Shown: piece after piece, positions 20,901-25,885 of the stretch | Layout: each line of letters begins with the position of its first letter | Position numbering within the stretch: position 1 is the first letter of the stretch | NCBI GenBank assembly: GCA_965261325.1 | Contig: CBDHCU010000001.1 | Span: forward strand, 357,620-421,619 | Origin: Dehalococcoidia bacterium | Lineage (GTDB): Bacteria; Chloroflexota; Dehalococcoidia; Lucifugimonadales; CAJWER01 | Length of the DNA stretch: 64,000 nucleotides | Direction: 5' to 3' | Notes under the pieces: generated by a model | Databases searched by the model: none | What the model saw: only the letters and a program-made list of their open reading frames with translations | Told to the model about the DNA's origin: nothing | Made by a program: the position numbers and the translations under genes

Positions 20901-23096
20901 CCGACGGTGACCCTGGAGATCACCACCACCGGCGACAACGGCGTGAGGACGAGCGGTGACACGGTGACCATACCGGTTACCGTGACCGAGGGCGCCTCGG
21001 TGGAGTACGCCGTCCCCACCACGGGCGTCGACGCCGTCACAGTGGCCCTTGTGCCGCAAGACGGCTACATTGTGCACGTCGCTTCGTCGCTCAACAGTGC
21101 CGCGGTGAAGGTCGTGGACGAAGTCGTACGCCCCGTCGTCACCGTCACCGCCGTCGGCGGCCCCACTCGTGAGGTTTCTCCCGGCGATACTATCGTCCTG
21201 CGGGGGTGGTATACCGTCGATCCGCCCTATGAATCTGGAACGAACGAGCTCGCCTACCATGAGTGGGTTCAGACGTCCGGCCCACCGGCCATCCTCGGCA
21301 GGACGGGTTTCCTAGATCTTTCCGTGACCATCCCCGAAGGCACGTCTTATGGCGAAACCCTGGACTTCGAGTTGACGGTGAGGGTCAGGCCGGAGGGATC
21401 CACGGACATGGACACGGGCACGGCCACGGTGCGGATATCCGTCGTGCCGGCCACCGGCGCGAGCGGCTCCGGCGGCCCCGACCCTGAGCCTGTCATCCGG
21501 CCCACGGCCAAAGCAGGCCCCGACCTGGCCGGCGCGCCGGGCGAAAGCGTAACCCTGCAGGGCAGGGGCAGCACCAACCCCTACGGCGCATGGTGGCGGA
21601 TGCAACACCAGTGGACGCAGCTCTCTGGCCCAACCGTAACCCTGTCCGACTCGACCCGCGCCGACCCCACCTTCACCATCCCCGCCGACGCAACGGGCGG
21701 CACGACGCTGGAGTTCGAGCTGACCGTGACCGACAGGGAAGACCAGTCCGATTCGGATACGGTGGTCGTCACGGTGACCGGAGTGGAGCAACAGGCGGTC
21801 AACACGCCGCCCACGGCGTCCATCGACGCGGCCCAGGTGACTACGGCAGAGGCCGGGGAGACGGTGGATCTGCGAGGCGTCGGCGGCGACGCTGAGACGG
21901 CGGCGGAGTCCTTGGCCTTCGCCTGGAGCCAGGTTGGAGGAACGCCGCAGGCGTCCATCGCCAGCGCAGGCACGGCCACGGCTGCCTTCACCGCCCCGGA
22001 CGTGACGGAGGAGACGGAGTTGACCTTCCGCCTGACGGTGACCGACGAGGGCGGACTGTCGGCCAGCGCCGAGACAACCATCGCCGTCAGCCCGCCGCCC
22101 ACCACGCCTGAGATCAGCATCGAGCGGATGCACTTCTCCCTGGTGGTGAGGGAGGGGCGGGCCGCGGAGTTCGAGATACAGGCGAGCGAGACGACATCGG
22201 TGGACCTGATGCTGACCCTGGAGATCGCGATCGATGGCGACTTCGGGGTGACTCCCGGACGCCGGACAGTGCTGCTGGAGGCCGGCCAGGGCGAGATCGA
22301 TCTCGCGTTTGAGACGGATGACGACGACGTGGGCGAGGCCAACGGCCTGCTGACGGTCACGGTGGTGACGGGACCCGGGTACACGGTCGGTTCGCCCGCC
22401 TCGGCCGAGCTCACCGTTACCGACAACGACGGCGGCGAACCCCTGACCGGCGTGTCCCTGGACGGGATCCCGTTGGAGTTCGCGCCGGACCGCACGGAGT
22501 ACCTGGTCCAGGTGGCGCACGAGGTTGCGCAGACGGCGGTGCGGACTACGGACGGCGCCGCATTGCAGATAGCGGCGAACGGCGCGCCCGTCGAGGTGGG
22601 AGAGGTCATTCCCCTCGAGGTGGGCGGGAACGTCATCACCATCGCCAGGACCAGCAACGGCGCGGCCGGCCGCTGGTACACCGTGACGGTCACCCGCGCT
22701 GCGCCGGCGTCGCCGGATGCCGGACCGTCGTCGAATAGGTGGACCATCCATCTGGACCCGGCGTCGGGAGTCCGTCCCGCGGACGGTCAGACGGCCGTGG
22801 ACGTGCTCGTGACGGTGGAGTGCAACGGCTCATCGCTCCTCACCGAGGCGAGCTGCCCCTTCGAGCCGGGCAGCGTGACGTTCCAGATTCAGGCGGACGG
22901 CAGCGAGCCGGGCGAGGCGACCCATCGGACCGACTTCGGCGGTCCGCGCACGCCGTTCGTAGTGGAGCACGGTCCGCAGAACTACGTCGTCAGGCTCAAC
23001 CTGAGGCCCGGCAGCGGCGACGCTGAGTACGTGCCCTTCGTGCTGATGGTGAACGGCGTGCAGGTGGCGGAAGCCCGCTTCCAAATCCTGCCGTGA
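5973..23096 (+). CDS. Giant secreted adhesin-like protein 1 (5707 aa): LRR + 31 cadherin repeats + FN3 + Calx-beta-like/Ig-like + PKD-like + cadherin-like beta-sandwich
   Basis: Single 17.1-kb ORF. Signal peptide is MGSRVKTLGVLLALAAVLLASALFAASAEA-Q, so the true start may be 5988 or 6003. Cadherin Ca-binding motifs (PEN, DQD, LTDVNDAPxF) repeat every 101-105 aa. FN3 signatures are present (LEWTPPADNTGRPPITKYEV..., YEVQVRARNDEGAGDWS). Modules with the NWNT(A/P)QTVTVTG signature recur. The C-terminal part carries PKD-like modules. Confidence 0.9.
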   Translation: MEFDLMSEIQMGSRVKTLGVLLALAAVLLASALFAASAEAQTVPPDAGICGRTQQVQDALMASIPGVSTCGAVTLAQLRAAWTADTPLNLNSKVITALKPGDFIGLEAITSIDLSSNQLSTIPANLFADTPALEELNLSGNQFSSLPNGLFTGTPDLEELNLSANQLTAFPTGLFASEPELKRLDLSSNQISSLPAALFTEIPILDELNLSGNRFTAVPDLFDTLPDLRQLNLSGNQISALADGAFSGARALTHLNLSGNSTDPLIIPITIERTVSKEFKVLAPTGAPRNIPMDIGVRNGEVTFGTPTIPKGAVESGLFTIQRTPGQTGPLIIGATVSGTSEEIFHSGYTISTPSTLEMEVDPGVFLDKRELKIQELQGITDSGGNEVTQGSDKYTVTLDTDPGGTVTITPTSLDPTVATLETQLLTFTSGNWSSPQDVNITIQYDDNKVSERTAITHTISGYGELTALRDMPVEILDNEQPIFTEGETPDGVARRTIAENPAAGTPIGLPVIATDNDDDGGPDELLYTYSQSVNSDTERFTLNPATGQLSTKAGEIYDYETEPVFRIGMLVNDGRGGVDSINVIIRLTDVNDAPVFTEGDPTTRSLPENSGANVNVGDPVSATDQDRSEDTLVYSISEAATEDNADRDSFKIEPNTGQLTTKEGVSYDHETKASYSIVAEVSDGAATDTIAVTVNLTDVNEAPTFDEGASTTRSLPENTAAGQNVGAAVSATDQDGNTLTYTLSGTDAGSFEIVESSGQLTTKSDVSYDYEAKSTYSVTVEVMEDTTDDFTDTIAVTVNLTDANDAPVFSEGESATRSVPENSGANVNVGAAVSATDQDGNTLTYTLGGTDAAAFEIVESSGQLTTKSGVSYDLETKASYSVTVGVSDGTAADSIAVTVNLTDVNDAPVFSDGDSTTRSVPENSGANVNVGDPLTATDQDGNTLTYTLGGTDAASFEIVASSGQLTTKSGVTYNYEAKSSYTVTVTATDPDNAADTIAVTINLTDANDAPTFTEGDTATRSLAENSGANVNVGAPLSATDQDRNPADTLTYSLSGADAGSFDIDDGTGQLQTKSGVSYDLETKASYSVTVTATDPDNASDSIAVTVNLTDVNDAPVFTDGDSTTRSVPENSGANVNVGDPIAATDQDGDTLTYTLGGTDAASFEIDGSTGQLKTKSGVSYDLETKASYTVTVGVSDGTDADSIAVTINLTDANDAPVFTEGESATRSVPENSGAAVNVGTPLAATDQDGDTLTYTLSGADAGSFEIVESSGQLTTKQGVSYDLEARASYSVTVTAADPDNAADTIAVTVNLTDVNDAPVFTDGDSTTRSVPENSGANVNVGAPLAATDQDTNPADTLTYTLGGTDAGSFEIVESSGQLQTKSGVSYDLETKASYSVTVGVSDGTAADSIAVTVNLTNVNDAPTFTEGDSTTRSLPENSGANVNVGDPIAATDQDGNTLTYTLGGTDAASFEIDGGTGQLTTKQGVSYDLETKASYSVTVTAADPDNAADSIAVTVNLTDVNDAPTFTEGENATRSVPENSGANVNVGAPLAATDQDNDTLAYTLGGTDAGSFEINDETGQLTTRSGVSYDLEAKASYTVTVGVSDGTAADSIAVTINLTDVNDAPTFTEGASATRSLPENSGANVNVGDPIAATDQDNDTLTYTLGGTDAESFEINASTGQLTTKQGASSYDYETKASYSVTVTATDPDNAADTIAVTVNLTDVNELPDPPTNLRARPTANAGEVLLEWTPPADNTGRPPITKYEVWNKLEGVADWSDQKAFTTADPPLSTLTITNLKTGQKYDFRVRTVNHEGVSEWAESTASGYPRKPVVTITNKPGNDSSITEGDEIGFRITADPYNNVPLVVKIKVETTGEYGITGRNQDDPLTITIPETGLNQPAPLPHDSGTISTDNDEIDEENGSVTYTIIAAEAYDVGEPKSLTIAIEDNDERKIEVGAISGTIPENGGTATYSVILTSEPTGNVTVTPSSNDQSIATVSGTLTFEPENWNTEQYVTVTGVNDDIDNEGDSRTAIITHTVAGGDYDSVTAENVTVTVTDDDTKGITFEPTAVTVGEAIGTTSYTVVLDSEPTADVTVTLAIAEVEGTDAVTLATVGTLAFTNTTWDMPQTVELTITDDSFDNTPNDRRTATITHTADGGDYGSVSATLTITVTDDDGPNAAPSFDGTDTTRDLPESIGAATDTGGTPIGDPVTAVDADDATLTYSLSGTDVDFFEIDTATGQLKTKAGVTYDHEDKPGYTVTVSVHDGKAADGRPDASIDESITVTINITDENEPPNRPPAPTIETTGNRDSLRVTPNAPDNTGRPDIDEYDLQYRPKDSGETFTLESNIGGQGTLEQLLLNTEYEVQVRARNDEGAGDWSESATQRTGTATATIIATPTTINESGATSRSAITARLDGQLTQDLTLTVSATPEAPAEASDFTLSENVTLTIAAGQMESSGTVTVTAQDNQVDNDDRTVNVGATSATANLTINGAAITIQDDDTRGITATPDSNVTTEAGGTVTVGVKLNSQPTAAVTISAQSSNTDEGTVSPVGLTFTTGNWNTAQDVTVTGQDDSVDDGDTGYAITFTAASPDPRYEGQRASVELTNTDDDTRSVEITTTSTTDPPTLRVSEVAPGNTASYTVVLTSQPSDGNVTVTPVSSAPGNATVSAPLIFTPQNWNTAQPVTITAVDDLIDNEADRTATITHEVAGADYGRHNVVAGSIEVTVTDNDEEGVTVSRTELTVGETGDGSYTIVLNSQPTGTVTVTPAAGGDHPDAIAITPPALTFTTENWNNAQTVTVTGQRDHVDNEADRTASISHSAGGDYAGVTITGVEVTITDSDTAGVTLDQKHTSVTEGQQSGDNPVSYTVVLDSKPRAGHVVKINITVAGPADTDPSSLTFTRENWNVPQSIRVTAHDDGVVSEPRTAVVSHQIVDAESSPEYGTVAVDDVSFDIVEDDHAPVFGDGESAAREVPENSGPDVNVGAAVEATDGDSDTLTYTLTGTDSVFFGIHEGTGQITTQETSYDFETKPQYAITVTASDTHGNTDSIAVTINLTDVNDAPVFTEGDTATRSLPENSGANVNVGAPVSATDQDRNPADTLTYTLGGTDAGSFEIDDGTGQLTTKSGVSYDLEAKASYSVTVTATDPDNASDSIAVTVNLTDVNDAPVFTDGDSTTRSVPENSGADVNVGLPLSATDQDGNTLTYTLTGDDAGSFEIVASSGQLTTKSGVSYDLETKASYSVTVTATDGTATDTIAVTINLTDANDAPVFSDGDSTTRSLPENSGANVNVGNPLTAMDQDGDTLTYTLTGTDAGSFDINASSGQLTTKSGVSYDLETKASYSVTVTATDPDNAADTIAVTINLTDVNDAPTFSEGDSATRTVPENSGANVNVGAPLTATDQDGNTLTYTLSGTDAGSFEIVASSGQLTTKSGVSYDLETKASYSVTVGVSDGTAADSIAVTVNLTNVNDAPTFTEGDSTTRSLPENSGSNVNVGAPLTATDQDGDTLTYTLSGTDAGSFEIVESSGQLKTKSGVNYDLEAKASYSVTVGVSDGTAADTIAVTINLTDANDAPTFSEGDSTTRSLPENSGANVNVGAPVSATDQDRNPADTLTYSLSGADAGSFDIDDGTGQLQTKSGVSYDLEAKASYTVTVTATDPDNAADTIAVTINLTDVNDAPVFGEGDTATRGVPENSGANVNVGLPLTATDQDRDEDGNPDTLTYTLGGTDAGSFEIVESSGQLTTKQGVSYDLETKASYSVTVTATDPDNAADTIAVTVNLTDVNDAPTFSEGDSATRSLAENSGANVNVGSPVTATDQDRNPADTLTYSLSGADAGSFDIDDGTGQLTTKSGVSYDLEAKASYSVTVTATDPDNAADTIAVTVNLTDANDAPTFDEGDPTTRSLPENSGANVNVGDPVAATDQDGDTLTYTLTGTDATSFEIDEGTGQLTTKQGASYDYETKASYTVTVGVSDGTAADSIAVTINLADVNDAPVFSEGDSTTRSLAENTAAGQNVGAPVSATDQDTNPADTLTYTLTGTDAGSFDINASSGQLTTKSGVSYDLETKASYSVTVTATDPDNAADTIAVTVNLTDANDAPVFSDGDSTTRSLAENSGANVNVGLPLSATDQDGDTLTYTLGGTDAGSFEIVASSGQLTTKSGVSYDLEAKASYSVTVGVSDGTATDTIAVTINLTDANDAPTFSDGDSTTRSLPENTAAGENVGLPLSATDQDGNTLTYTLGGTDAGSFEIVASSGQLTTKQGVSYDLETKASYSVTVTAADPDNAADTIAVTVNLTDANDAPVFSEGDTATRTLLENSGANVNVGAPVSATDQDRNPADTLTYSLSGADAGSFDIDDGTGQLQTKSGVSYDLEAKASYTVTVTATDPDSAADTIAVTVNLTDANDAPVFSDGDSATRTVPENSGSNVNVGAPLTATDQDGDTLTYTLSGTDAGSFEIVESSGQLQTKSGVSYDLETKASYTVTVGVSDGTAADSIAVTINLTDVNDAPVFSDGDSTTRSLAENTAAGQNVGAPVSATDQDTNPADTLTYTLTGTDAGSFDINASSGQLTTKSGVSYDLETKASYAVTVEVTDPDNAADTIAVTINLTDANDAPVFSDGDGATRTVPENSGANVNVGAPLTATDQDGDTLTYTLGGTDAGSFEIDGPTGQLTTKSGVSYDLETKASYSVTVTASDPDNAADTIAVTINLTDANDAPVFSEGERATRRMVENTPAGRNVGAPVTATDQDGDTLTYTLGGTDAGSFEIDGPTGQLTTKSGVSYDLETKASYSVTVTASDPDNAADTIAVTVNLTDTNDCIPSANIPADDTVPTIKQFPDTSPDMREFPNLRVSGNLEFRLEFPAAVNGNGGPYYYDLRRAGAGDSLSNNSTALPGVSFDPYGHVLRGWLTTHQGMSPAIHQLEYVIHDGDGNCSPEDSAVIPLTLTASEEWPHIFIDPKYPWVAEGEDAVFVVRGTYAYNVPTVTLEITTTGDNGVRTSGDTVTIPVTVTEGASVEYAVPTTGVDAVTVALVPQDGYIVHVASSLNSAAVKVVDEVVRPVVTVTAVGGPTREVSPGDTIVLRGWYTVDPPYESGTNELAYHEWVQTSGPPAILGRTGFLDLSVTIPEGTSYGETLDFELTVRVRPEGSTDMDTGTATVRISVVPATGASGSGGPDPEPVIRPTAKAGPDLAGAPGESVTLQGRGSTNPYGAWWRMQHQWTQLSGPTVTLSDSTRADPTFTIPADATGGTTLEFELTVTDREDQSDSDTVVVTVTGVEQQAVNTPPTASIDAAQVTTAEAGETVDLRGVGGDAETAAESLAFAWSQVGGTPQASIASAGTATAAFTAPDVTEETELTFRLTVTDEGGLSASAETTIAVSPPPTTPEISIERMHFSLVVREGRAAEFEIQASETTSVDLMLTLEIAIDGDFGVTPGRRTVLLEAGQGEIDLAFETDDDDVGEANGLLTVTVVTGPGYTVGSPASAELTVTDNDGGEPLTGVSLDGIPLEFAPDRTEYLVQVAHEVAQTAVRTTDGAALQIAANGAPVEVGEVIPLEVGGNVITIARTSNGAAGRWYTVTVTRAAPASPDAGPSSNRWTIHLDPASGVRPADGQTAVDVLVTVECNGSSLLTEASCPFEPGSVTFQIQADGSEPGEATHRTDFGGPRTPFVVEHGPQNYVVRLNLRPGSGDAEYVPFVLMVNGVQVAEARFQILP
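6261..6760 (+). other. Leucine-rich repeat region, 7 x ~24 aa
   Basis: The consensus LxxLxLSxNQ(L/I/F)(S/T)xLPxxLFxxxPx repeats seven times, for example LEELNLSGNQFSSLPNGLFTGTPD and LEELNLSANQLTAFPTGLFASEPE. Confidence 0.85.
7410..11153 (+). repeat. Cadherin tandem array 1: 12 repeats, 303-315 bp period
   Basis: Each repeat follows APxF(T/S)(E/D)G(D/E)xxTRS(L/V)PENSGANVNVGxPxxATDQDGxTLTYTLxGTDAxSFEI...GQLTTKSGVSYDLETKASYSVTV...DxIAVT(V/I)NLTDVND. Minus-strand shadow ORFs recur at the same spacing. Confidence 0.9.
14848..20410 (+). repeat. Cadherin tandem array 2: 18 repeats, 303-324 bp period
   Basis: Same consensus as array 1. It contains long identical tracts within the array (19911-20075 equals 20217-20381) and between arrays (about 10134-10295 equals 16281-16442). 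Confidence 0.9.
21501..22092 (+). other. Two PKD-like modules inside giant gene 1
   Basis: Module 1 reads AGPDLAGAPGESVTLQGRGSTNPYGAWWRMQHQWTQLSGPTVTLSDSTRADPTFTIPADATGGTTLEFELTVTDREDQSDSDTVVVTV. It is followed by a divergent copy ending TELTFRLTVTDEGGLSASAETTIAV. Confidence 0.7.
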
Positions 23097-23111
23097 ACGG
23101 GCGGCCTCTCT

Positions 23112-23771
23112 TTGAGCTGCATCAGCCGCCGCATCTTTACGGCAAGGCCCTGGAGCTTGCAAGCCTGCTCAGGCCAAATCCCCCACCTCCACATTCGGCG
23201 CCATATCTATCAGCCATCACCCCGTAGGGGCTGGTTTCAAACCAGCCCTCCCCTTGCCATTAAGGGCGTCGCCGCCATTGAGGTGGGGGATTTGGGCCCA
23301 AATCCCCCACCTCCGTCATTCCCGAGAAGAGCCTGCCCCGTACTCGATACGGGGCGGGAACCCATCCCCGGCCCCGCCGACGCAGACGACACGAACGACC
23401 ACCGCGGCTGCTACGACATCGACCGCAAGATCGCCGAAGCCCAGCGCGACCCGTCCCACCCAATCCACAAGTTCGTCCAGGCATACGACGAGGTAGCCGC
23501 CGTCTTCCACGGCAAAGACAAGGAGAACGACGACGACGACGAAGTCCGCTACTGGATCTCAGGCGAGGTGCCCGACGCGTACGGCAAATACATCTGGGAG
23601 TACGCCCCGGCATATCCCAGGTCGATCAGAAGAAAACTTCGCCCCAAGCGCCGCCGCTCCCGCGAACCCGGGACTACGCCCAAGGCCGAGAGCGTCTGGA
23701 TGAAGCGGCCCTTCGACAAGATGCGCGAGGCCGGCATCCCCAGACCCAGCCGGTTCAAAATCTGGGTCTGA
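23112..23771 (+). CDS. Hypothetical acidic/basic small protein, copy 1 (conserved core ~23376-23771; start uncertain)
   Basis: The core RGCYDIDRKIAEAQRDP.HPIHKFVQAYDEVAA.FHG.DKEND.DDEVRYWISGEVPDAYGKYIWEYAPAYPRSIRRKLRPKRRRSREPGTTPKAESVWMKRPFDKMREAGIPRPSRFKIWV is shared with 41852-42331. High GC3. In the last 76 codons I count 6 nucleotide differences, all synonymous. The N-terminal part of the ORF runs through MITE/REP sequence, and there is no ATG inside the conserved core. Confidence 0.55.
   Translation: MSCISRRIFTARPWSLQACSGQIPHLHIRRHIYQPSPRRGWFQTSPPLAIKGVAAIEVGDLGPNPPPPSFPRRACPVLDTGREPIPGPADADDTNDHRGCYDIDRKIAEAQRDPSHPIHKFVQAYDEVAAVFHGKDKENDDDDEVRYWISGEVPDAYGKYIWEYAPAYPRSIRRKLRPKRRRSREPGTTPKAESVWMKRPFDKMREAGIPRPSRFKIWV
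23174..23295. mobile_element. MITE-D copy 1 (122 bp), perfect 16-bp TIR ccaaatcccccacctc
   Basis: ccaaatcccccacctc at 23174-23189 pairs with gaggtgggggatttgg at 23280-23295. The central hairpin is gggctggttt-c-aaaccagccc. A second copy lies at 28479-28599. Isolated TIR fragments occur at 23297-23312, 38455-38475 and 42591-42609. Confidence 0.75.
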
Positions 23772-23925
23772 ACCCGCCCCGCCGCCCAACCGGGCCGAGC
23801 GGGGCCAACACCACGCCAGCCAACTCAGATCGCCAGGCGGCCTCTTGCCCCTTCTCCCCTGGCGGGAGAAGGTTGGGATGAGGGGGATGTTTGCGTGCCC
23901 GGCTGTAGGGGCGGGTTTGAAACCC
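23296..23925 (+). repeat. Left arm of a large inverted repeat (IR-L)
   Basis: It runs from the REP core through the small ORF and its 3' flank to the hairpin gtaggggcgggtttgaaaccc. It is ~96-97% identical to the reverse complement of 41672-42335 apart from small indels (a 24-nt inner REP hairpin and a 26-nt insert). Its distal hairpin is interrupted by the IS4 element. Confidence 0.85.
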
Positions 23926-25368
23926 CATCTGCTCCAACTAATTCACTCTCAAGATGTTTGCAGCGGGTCCGGGACACTTGCGGTTGGCATATCGAGGGGT
24001 GCGAATGAGTGCCAGTCCGGGTGGCGCAGGCAGGACTGCCTCGACAGGTATGTTCGGGGCGTGGATGAGCATTCTACGGGAAGGTCGAATGAAGCCCAGC
24101 TCACGCCCTCGCTCCACGAAGATCTTCACAGGGTCCCTGCCTTCATAGGCATACTGTGGCGCATACTCGACCAGCAGGCCGATGGACACCTCGAACGGGT
24201 CCACCCCGGCCCTGTGGGCTATCTCAAGCCGCATCGACTGAAGAATCTGCGAGATTATCAACGTCGCCCATATCTGTTGCTGGATCACCACCAACTTGGC
24301 GGACCACAGAAGACGCAGCTTGAGGTGTTGCTTGACCAACTTGAGCGCCATCTCGATGTCCCACCTGCGAGCGTAGACCTCGGCCATGGATGCAATCGGG
24401 AATGTGTGAGGCTCCCGAACGTTGGTGATGTAGCGGCGCAGCGTATTGCCTTGTCTGAAAGTCACCAGCCGAACGGCGTGTTTGGCCCGGTCGGCGCGAT
24501 GGGCTCCCAGCCACACGATGCCATCGAAGACGTCGCCCCGATGGTAGAAGGTATGTATCACCTTGTAGCTGGTCTTTGCTCTCAGCCTGCTCAGCCAGTG
24601 GTAACCCCTGTCCGTGAGCCAGTCGAACCAGGCGAAGCCGAAGTATCCCAAGTCTGCGACCACCAGTGTTCCCGCTGGCAGGTCTTCCACCAACTTCCGC
24701 GCCAACACCTTCTCGTTCTGATGTGGGTCCGGCTGAAACATGACGGTCCGCCACTGCTGGCCTCTCACGTCGAACACGCCAGCCAGCTTGCCAGGGAGCA
24801 GACGGCTGTCGCCTTGGGGAATCTCTCTCAGAGGCGGAAGCCTTCTCGACATGGCGTCCAGTGTACTCTCGTCTATGCACACCACGCCCTCGGCGAATGG
24901 CGCCAGCTTCTCCGTTACCACACCCTGCAATCGTTGTGCCAATACGCCGCTGATCTGCTCGAAGAGTCTCTCCAATGGCTTGGTTCCCGCGCTATGGAGC
25001 CTCTTGTAGACCGCTTGGTCTGTAACCGGGAATCGGGGGAAGAACCAGAGTCCGCGTTCCGAGATAAGACGCCACACCGCCAATTGGCTGCCGAAGCCTC
25101 TCAGGACGCAGACCAGCAGCCCTGCCCACAGAGCCATTGCGGGCAGGACGCGCGGCCTGCCAGGGCCCTTGAGACTGTGGTCTGGCTCCATGTCCTTCAA
25201 ACACTGCTGAAGAAACTCCTCTATGCTCCCGATGGTGGCTGTATCGTCCCCGGTACTGGTGGACATTTCGCTCTGTCCCTCCTTTGGAGTAGTCTTATCC
25301 TTATACTATCCAAAGGAGGACTACCCAAAGGAAAGGACGGTTCTTTTTATCAATTAGTTGGAGCAGAT
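23926..25368 (-). mobile_element. IS4-family insertion sequence (1443 bp) with 17-18-bp terminal IRs and a ~12-bp target-site duplication
   Basis: The ends are (c)atctgctccaactaatt at 23926-23943 and aattagttggagcagat at 25352-25368. The flanking direct repeat ggtttgaaaccc lies at 23914-23925 and 25369-25380. Removing the IS restores the palindrome gggcgggtttgaaacccgccc. Confidence 0.85.
23938..25266 (-). CDS. DDE transposase, IS4 family
   Basis: 442 aa. Candidate catalytic residues are in VCIDESTL and VVADLGYFG. The family-typical Y-(2)-R-(3)-E-(6)-K signature reads YARRWDIEMALKLVK. Confidence 0.85.
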   Translation of the reverse strand: MSTSTGDDTATIGSIEEFLQQCLKDMEPDHSLKGPGRPRVLPAMALWAGLLVCVLRGFGSQLAVWRLISERGLWFFPRFPVTDQAVYKRLHSAGTKPLERLFEQISGVLAQRLQGVVTEKLAPFAEGVVCIDESTLDAMSRRLPPLREIPQGDSRLLPGKLAGVFDVRGQQWRTVMFQPDPHQNEKVLARKLVEDLPAGTLVVADLGYFGFAWFDWLTDRGYHWLSRLRAKTSYKVIHTFYHRGDVFDGIVWLGAHRADRAKHAVRLVTFRQGNTLRRYITNVREPHTFPIASMAEVYARRWDIEMALKLVKQHLKLRLLWSAKLVVIQQQIWATLIISQILQSMRLEIAHRAGVDPFEVSIGLLVEYAPQYAYEGRDPVKIFVERGRELGFIRPSRRMLIHAPNIPVEAVLPAPPGLALIRTPRYANRKCPGPAANILRVN

Positions 25369-25384
25369 GGTTTGAAACCCGCCC

Positions 25385-25471
25385 TCGTACCTTGCCGTTC
25401 GGCCTGAGCTTGTCGAAGGCCCCAATTGTGGTTCGACAGGCTCACCACGAACGGACTTTGGAAAGGCCCTG
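25385..25471. repeat. 87-bp dispersed repeat, copy 2
   Basis: Identical to 5736-5822. Confidence 0.85.
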
Positions 25472-25675
25472 AGAGACCGCTGAGAGACCGGCGGAGATGT
25501 TGATTTCCCGACCAGATTGTGGGATATTCTCTGCTTGGGAACCTTCGGGTACTTGAATGGCCGTTGCAGAAAGGCAGGGGGAACTACATGAGGGCAATCA
25601 AGCCTCAATGATAAGCTGGACGAACATAGACGCCAACGGGCTGCGTCCCACGCCTTGTGCCGGCACAATTGTTCA

Positions 25676-25689
25676 CCCCCCCCCCCCCC
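25676..25689 (+). repeat. Poly-C tract (14 nt)
   Basis: A run of 14 C flanked by gttca and taattc, ~200 bp upstream of the methyltransferase start at 25886. Confidence 0.95.
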
Positions 25690-25885
25690 TAATTCTTCCG
25701 TCCGTACCTACTAGAGCCGTCTGAACCAGGCCGGATGGTGGGAGGCAGTCGACGCCATCTTCCCTTTGACTCGGCGGCAACGCCGTCTGCAATGCGACTT
25801 CCCCGTGAGGCCTTTCGCAGGATTTGGAACCGCGCCACATACGATGTATGGCTGAAGGCAATAAACAACCACCGAGGCAATCCAC

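Noticed and set aside
23845-25407. 520-aa plus-strand ORF overlapping the IS element
   Set aside because: It is antisense to the IS4 transposase, which has clear DDE and YREK motifs. It has no motifs of its own and extends into flanking repeats.
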